This document shows positions 29,246 through 32,985 of a stretch of 32,985 nucleotides of DNA, in pieces. The position numbers and the translations under genes are program-made. The notes under the pieces are model-generated. The model saw only the letters and a list, made by a program, of their open reading frames with translations. It did no database searches and was not told where the DNA came from. Within the stretch, counting starts at the first letter, position 1. The number at the start of each line of letters is the position of its first letter. Source of the stretch: Sandaracinaceae bacterium (GTDB taxonomy: Bacteria > Myxococcota_A > Polyangia > Polyangiales > Sandaracinaceae); assembly GCA_044220955.1 (NCBI GenBank), contig JBGAQA010000078.1, positions 1-32,985 on the forward strand, in the 5' to 3' direction.

Positions 29246-30613
29246 TCAACGAAGCGCCTGCGTCGCGATCTCGGCGTAGCTCGGGGCAGGCAGGAACACG
29301 TGCGCGAGCTCCCGAGCGCTCGCCCCGACGCGCATCGCGACGGCGATCGGCCCCAGGACCTCGGCTGCGTGCGGCCCGATCGCGGTCGCCCCGAGGAGCT
29401 TGCCGCCGTCGGGCTCGCAGGCGACCCGGATCGTGCCGCGCGCGTGCGGGTCGCGGCCCGCACCGTCGAACGTGGCACGCAGGCTGCCGCCGAAGTCGAG
29501 CGTGCGCAGGTCGAACTCGGCGCCTCGCGCCGCGACCTCGCGTGGCGAGGCGCCGACGCACGCGATCTCGGGCGTGGTGTAGACGGCCTCGACGAACGCC
29601 GCCGGCATCAGCGGCTCGACGGCGCGGCCGGTCGCGTGCCGCGCGGCGGTCCACCCCGTCGCCTCGGCGCGCGCGCTCGACTGCCCGCCCTGGGTCGCGT
29701 CGCCCACGCAGTAGATCGACTCGACACCGGTACGCCCGAAGCCGTCGACGGGGACGGTCCCGTCCGCGCGGAGCGTGACCCCGAGCTCCTCGAGCCCGAG
29801 GCGGGCGGTGTCGGCGCGCCGTCCGACCGCGACGAACGCGCGCTCGGCCGCGTAGGTGCGGCCTCCGTCGAGCGACGCCAGCGTCCCCTGCTTCGGATCA
29901 TGCACGACCGAGAGCACCCGCTTGCCGTGCACGATCTTGACGCCGCGCTCCATGAGCACGTCGCCCAGCGAGTCGGCCAGCTCGCGATCGAAGCGCGGCA
30001 GGATCCCCAGCTCGTCGAGCAGCCAGGTGACCTCGACCCCGAGCGACAGGAACGCGTGGGCGTGCTCGGCGCCCGTCGCACCTCCACCGATCACGAGCAC
30101 CGAGCGCGGTAGCTCGAGCATCGCGCGCACGTGCCGCGGCGCGAAGACGTGGTGGCCGTCGGGCTTGCCGGCCTCGCCGAAGAGCCCCACCGGGAAGCGC
30201 GGCTCGGACCCGGCCGCGACGATCGCCCGCTCGAAGGGCAGCGTCCGCACGGCAGCACCGCTCGTGCCCGTCACCTCGACGGTGTTCGCGCTCGCGAAGC
30301 GGGCGACCCCCTCTGCCACACGGACGCCGGCGTCCGAGAGCGCGCTGCGCATCCGATCGGCGCGCGCCTTCGCGAGCGCACCGGTCTCCGCGTGGATCGC
30401 CGCGAGCTCGGCGGGCGGCGCGAGGCCCTTCTCTCCCCGCGCGCGTCGCGCCTCCGCCGCGTGCAAGAGCACCTTCGAGGGGACCAAGCTCGCGTGCGTC
30501 GCGCGGCCGCCGATCGGCGCCTCGGTGACGAGCGTGACGCCAGCGCCGGTGCGCGCCGCTTCGACCGCCGCGGCGACGCCCGCCGGCCCCCCTCCGATGA
30601 CCACGAGCTTCAC
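29246..30613 (-). CDS. Dihydrolipoyl dehydrogenase-fold flavoprotein lacking the redox disulfide (LpdA/quinone reductase-like)
   Basis: GTG 30613 overlaps the upstream stop; VIGGGPAG, VIGGGATGAE, AVGRRADT, IYCVGD and a dimerisation domain; the CxxxxC site reads GGRATHASLVPSK; 455 aa. Confidence 0.85.
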   Translation of the reverse strand: MKLVVIGGGPAGVAAAVEAARTGAGVTLVTEAPIGGRATHASLVPSKVLLHAAEARRARGEKGLAPPAELAAIHAETGALAKARADRMRSALSDAGVRVAEGVARFASANTVEVTGTSGAAVRTLPFERAIVAAGSEPRFPVGLFGEAGKPDGHHVFAPRHVRAMLELPRSVLVIGGGATGAEHAHAFLSLGVEVTWLLDELGILPRFDRELADSLGDVLMERGVKIVHGKRVLSVVHDPKQGTLASLDGGRTYAAERAFVAVGRRADTARLGLEELGVTLRADGTVPVDGFGRTGVESIYCVGDATQGGQSSARAEATGWTAARHATGRAVEPLMPAAFVEAVYTTPEIACVGASPREVAARGAEFDLRTLDFGGSLRATFDGAGRDPHARGTIRVACEPDGGKLLGATAIGPHAAEVLGPIAVAMRVGASARELAHVFLPAPSYAEIATQALR

Positions 30614-31422
30614 GCGGCACCTCCGATTCCCTCGACGAGCACCCGGAGCAAGCCCTCGGGGTCGTCCACGTGCACCCAGTGATCGGCCGGGAGCACCTCG
30701 ACGGACACGCGAGGCTGCCGCGCCGCGATCGCGCGCGCCCGCTCCCGATCGGCCGCGGAGTACGAGATCGAGCGCTCGCCGATCACGAGGTGGACGCGCG
30801 TCTCGCCGGGCGGCTGCTCGACGAGCGGCCAGAGGTCGCGCGCGAAGTAGTCGAAGAGGAGCGCCTCGATCTCGTCGTGATCGAGCGCGAAGCGCACGCC
30901 GCCCTCGGTCTCCTCGGTGCTGAGGGCGAGCCACTGTGCGATGGAGCGGCCGTGCTTCTCGGAGACCGAGCGGATGAACGCAGCCTTGGTGGGGAAGACG
31001 GGATCGAACGATGCGATCGTGCGGAGCACGGCGAGCGCGGCGTCTCCCTCGCGGAGCGGCTCGCGCGTGCCGGGAACACTGTCGATCATCACCACGTCGG
31101 TGAGCGAGATCTTCTCCGCGAGGGCGAGCGCGACCTTGCCGCCGAAGCTGTGACCGGCGACGGCGGTGACGTTCGCACCGCGCGCCAGCCGCGCGACGTC
31201 CTCCGCGCACGCGTCGATCGAGGGGCCGGGGCTGCGCTTGGGAGAGCGTCCGTGGCCGCGGAGATCCACGACCCATGCGCTGGTGTCCGGGCGGGCCAGG
31301 ACGAAGCGCTTGGCGAGCGTGCGCACGTTCTGGCCGCCGCCGAGGATGCCGTGGAGGAAGAGCACCACGCGCTCGGCGCGCGCGCCCTCGATCCGCTCGA
31401 AGTAGAGGTCCACCGCCGTCAC
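30610..31422 (-). CDS. Alpha/beta hydrolase (YbfF/ABHD11-like); start GTG 31422 or 31413
   Basis: FLHGILG, DLRGHGRS, nucleophile elbow GHSFGGK, HWVHVDDP. Confidence 0.88.
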   Translation of the reverse strand: MTAVDLYFERIEGARAERVVLFLHGILGGGQNVRTLAKRFVLARPDTSAWVVDLRGHGRSPKRSPGPSIDACAEDVARLARGANVTAVAGHSFGGKVALALAEKISLTDVVMIDSVPGTREPLREGDAALAVLRTIASFDPVFPTKAAFIRSVSEKHGRSIAQWLALSTEETEGGVRFALDHDEIEALLFDYFARDLWPLVEQPPGETRVHLVIGERSISYSAADRERARAIAARQPRVSVEVLPADHWVHVDDPEGLLRVLVEGIGGAA

Positions 31423-31478
31423 CGCCGCCCCGCTTAGCACACGTGCTAGGGTCGCCCGCTCCCCCGCCGGAGACGCAA

Positions 31479-32985
31479 GTGTCGTACACGGTCCTCGCAC
31501 GGAAGTACCGCCCGCAGACGTTCGCCGACCTCTCCGGTCAGGAGCACGTCACGCGCACGCTCGGCAACGCGATCGCGTGCGGCCGCGTCGCACACGCATT
31601 CCTCTTCACCGGCGTCCGCGGCGTCGGGAAGACGACCACGGCGCGCATCCTCGCCAAGGCCCTGAACTGTGCGTCCGGTCCCACGATCACGCCCTGCGGG
31701 GCGTGCGACCCCTGCAAGGAGATCACCGTCGGGAGCGACCTCGACGTGCTCGAGATCGACGGTGCGTCCAACAACAGCGTCGACGACGTCCGCCGGCTGC
31801 AAGAGACGATCCCGTTCCGCCCCGCGCGCGATCGCTTCAAGGTCGTGATCGTCGACGAGGTCCACATGCTCTCGACGGGCGCGTTCAACGCGTTCCTCAA
31901 GACGCTCGAGGAGCCGCCGCCGCACGTGAAGTTCATCTTCGCGACCACCGAGTCGCAGAAGGTGCCCATCACCATCCGCTCCCGCTGCCAGCGCTACGAC
32001 TTCCGCCTCATCCCGCAGGGCGTCGTGTCGGAGCGCGTGCGGCACATCCTCGCCGCGGAGGGCATCGAGGCCGACGACCACGCGGTCCAGATCGTGGCGC
32101 GCGAGGCCGCGGGCTCGATGCGCGACGCGCTCACGCTGCTGGATCAGATCGTCGCGTTCTCGGGCGGCAAGCTGCTCGGCCACGAGGTCGCGGGGGTGCT
32201 CGGCATCGCCGATCGCGCGGCGCTGCACGACACGGTGGCCGCGCTGCTCCGGGGCGAGGCCGGCGTCGTGCTCGGGGCGATCGACGGGCTCGCGAGCCGC
32301 GGCCTGGACCTGCTGCACTTCGCGCGCAGCGTGGTCGAGCTGCTGCGCGATCTCGTCGTGCTGCGGACGAGCGGGGCGGACACGGAGCTCGTGAGCCTCG
32401 TGGACGAGGAGCGCGCGCGAGCCGCGGCGCTCTCGAAGGAGATCGAGCCGCTCGAGGTGCAGCGCGCGTTCCACGCGGCGTCGCAGCTCGTGGACGAGAT
32501 GGCGAAGTCGACGATGCCCCGCACGACGCTCGAGATGGGCATGGTGCGGATCGCGACCCGGCCGCCGCTGCGGCAGCTCTCGGAGATCGTCGCGCGGCTC
32601 GACGCGCTCGAGCGGCGCGGGCCTCTTCCCCCGGGGGCTGGCGGTGGACGCCCCGGCGCGCCTCCGTCCGGTGGCGGTGGCGGTGGCGCAGCGCCGCGCC
32701 GCGGTCCCCCGCCGGGCGCGAGCGCCGGCCCGGTGACGGTCCCGGATCGGCCGGTCGCGCGCGTCGCCACGGAGCGGGCGCCCAGCCCCGCGAGATCCGA
32801 GGAGCCGAGCGCACCGGTCGAGCCAAGGCCCTCGCCCTCGCCCTCGACCTCGACCTCGCCCTCGACCTCGACCTCGACCTCGACCTCGCCCTCGCCCTCG
32901 ACCTCGACCTCGACCTCGACCTCGACCTCGCCCTCGACCTCGACCTCGCCCTCGCCCTCGCCCTCGCCCTCGCCCTCGCCCTCGC
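31479..32985 (+). CDS. dnaX: DNA polymerase III subunit gamma/tau (runs off the right edge)
   Basis: Missing from the ORF track because it has no stop in the window. GTG 31479 with GGAG SD: MSYTVLARKYRPQTF, GVRGVGKTT, PCGACDPC, EIDGASNNSVDD, DEVHML, SRCQ, GSMRDA. Confidence 0.97.
   Translation, partial: MSYTVLARKYRPQTFADLSGQEHVTRTLGNAIACGRVAHAFLFTGVRGVGKTTTARILAKALNCASGPTITPCGACDPCKEITVGSDLDVLEIDGASNNSVDDVRRLQETIPFRPARDRFKVVIVDEVHMLSTGAFNAFLKTLEEPPPHVKFIFATTESQKVPITIRSRCQRYDFRLIPQGVVSERVRHILAAEGIEADDHAVQIVAREAAGSMRDALTLLDQIVAFSGGKLLGHEVAGVLGIADRAALHDTVAALLRGEAGVVLGAIDGLASRGLDLLHFARSVVELLRDLVVLRTSGADTELVSLVDEERARAAALSKEIEPLEVQRAFHAASQLVDEMAKSTMPRTTLEMGMVRIATRPPLRQLSEIVARLDALERRGPLPPGAGGGRPGAPPSGGGGGGAAPRRGPPPGASAGPVTVPDRPVARVATERAPSPARSEEPSAPVEPRPSPSPSTSTSPSTSTSTSTSPSPSTSTSTSTSTSPSTSTSPSPSPSPSPSPS
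32831..32985 (+). repeat. CTCGCC/CTCGAC hexamer tract (at least 25 copies) in the dnaX linker
   Basis: In-register hexamers run to the window end; they read PSPSPSTSTS... in the dnaX frame. Confidence 0.95.

Noticed and set aside
30614..31489. N-terminal extension of the 747-aa ORF
   Set aside because: Off-frame overlap with the hydrolase; the flavoprotein starts at GTG 30613.
32500..32985. Programmed frameshift or slippage site producing gamma from dnaX
   Set aside because: No A-AAA-AAG or poly-A run is visible; the CCCCCGGGGG palindrome near 32628 alone is not evidence.

Overview
High-GC bacterial window, almost certainly Myxococcota (canonical mglB-mglA, PEGA/TPR/FHA proteins, Cys-rich lipoproteins); Polyangiales-like is an inference. 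The left ~5.8 kb looks like a small defence/toxin-antitoxin patch. It holds a two-gene module (an ABC-type AAA_21-like ATPase fused to an extra ~145-aa N-terminal helical domain, translationally coupled to a small TOPRIM-like protein), a VapBC pair and a DUF1778/GNAT pair with a visible operator. The rest is mostly housekeeping and myxobacterial accessory genes: accC, PEGA-TPR, double FHA, TPR-HEAT, ferredoxin reductase, mglBA, sppA, GST, a Ski2-like helicase, a TetR-controlled TolC/DevBCA-type exporter, a TolB-like Cys-rich lipoprotein, alkD, an LpdA-like flavoprotein with no redox cysteines, a hydrolase, and dnaX running off the end. Non-coding signals include three CTCGNN hexamer tracts, two long intergenic hairpins, TAnnnT boxes just upstream of several start codons (suggesting leaderless mRNAs), and an apparent junction near 12.6 kb where two divergent genes both seem to lack 5' ends. 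Best candidate for an undescribed system: the ATPase/TOPRIM-like pair at 412-2720. All family calls come from motifs read by eye; no searches were run.
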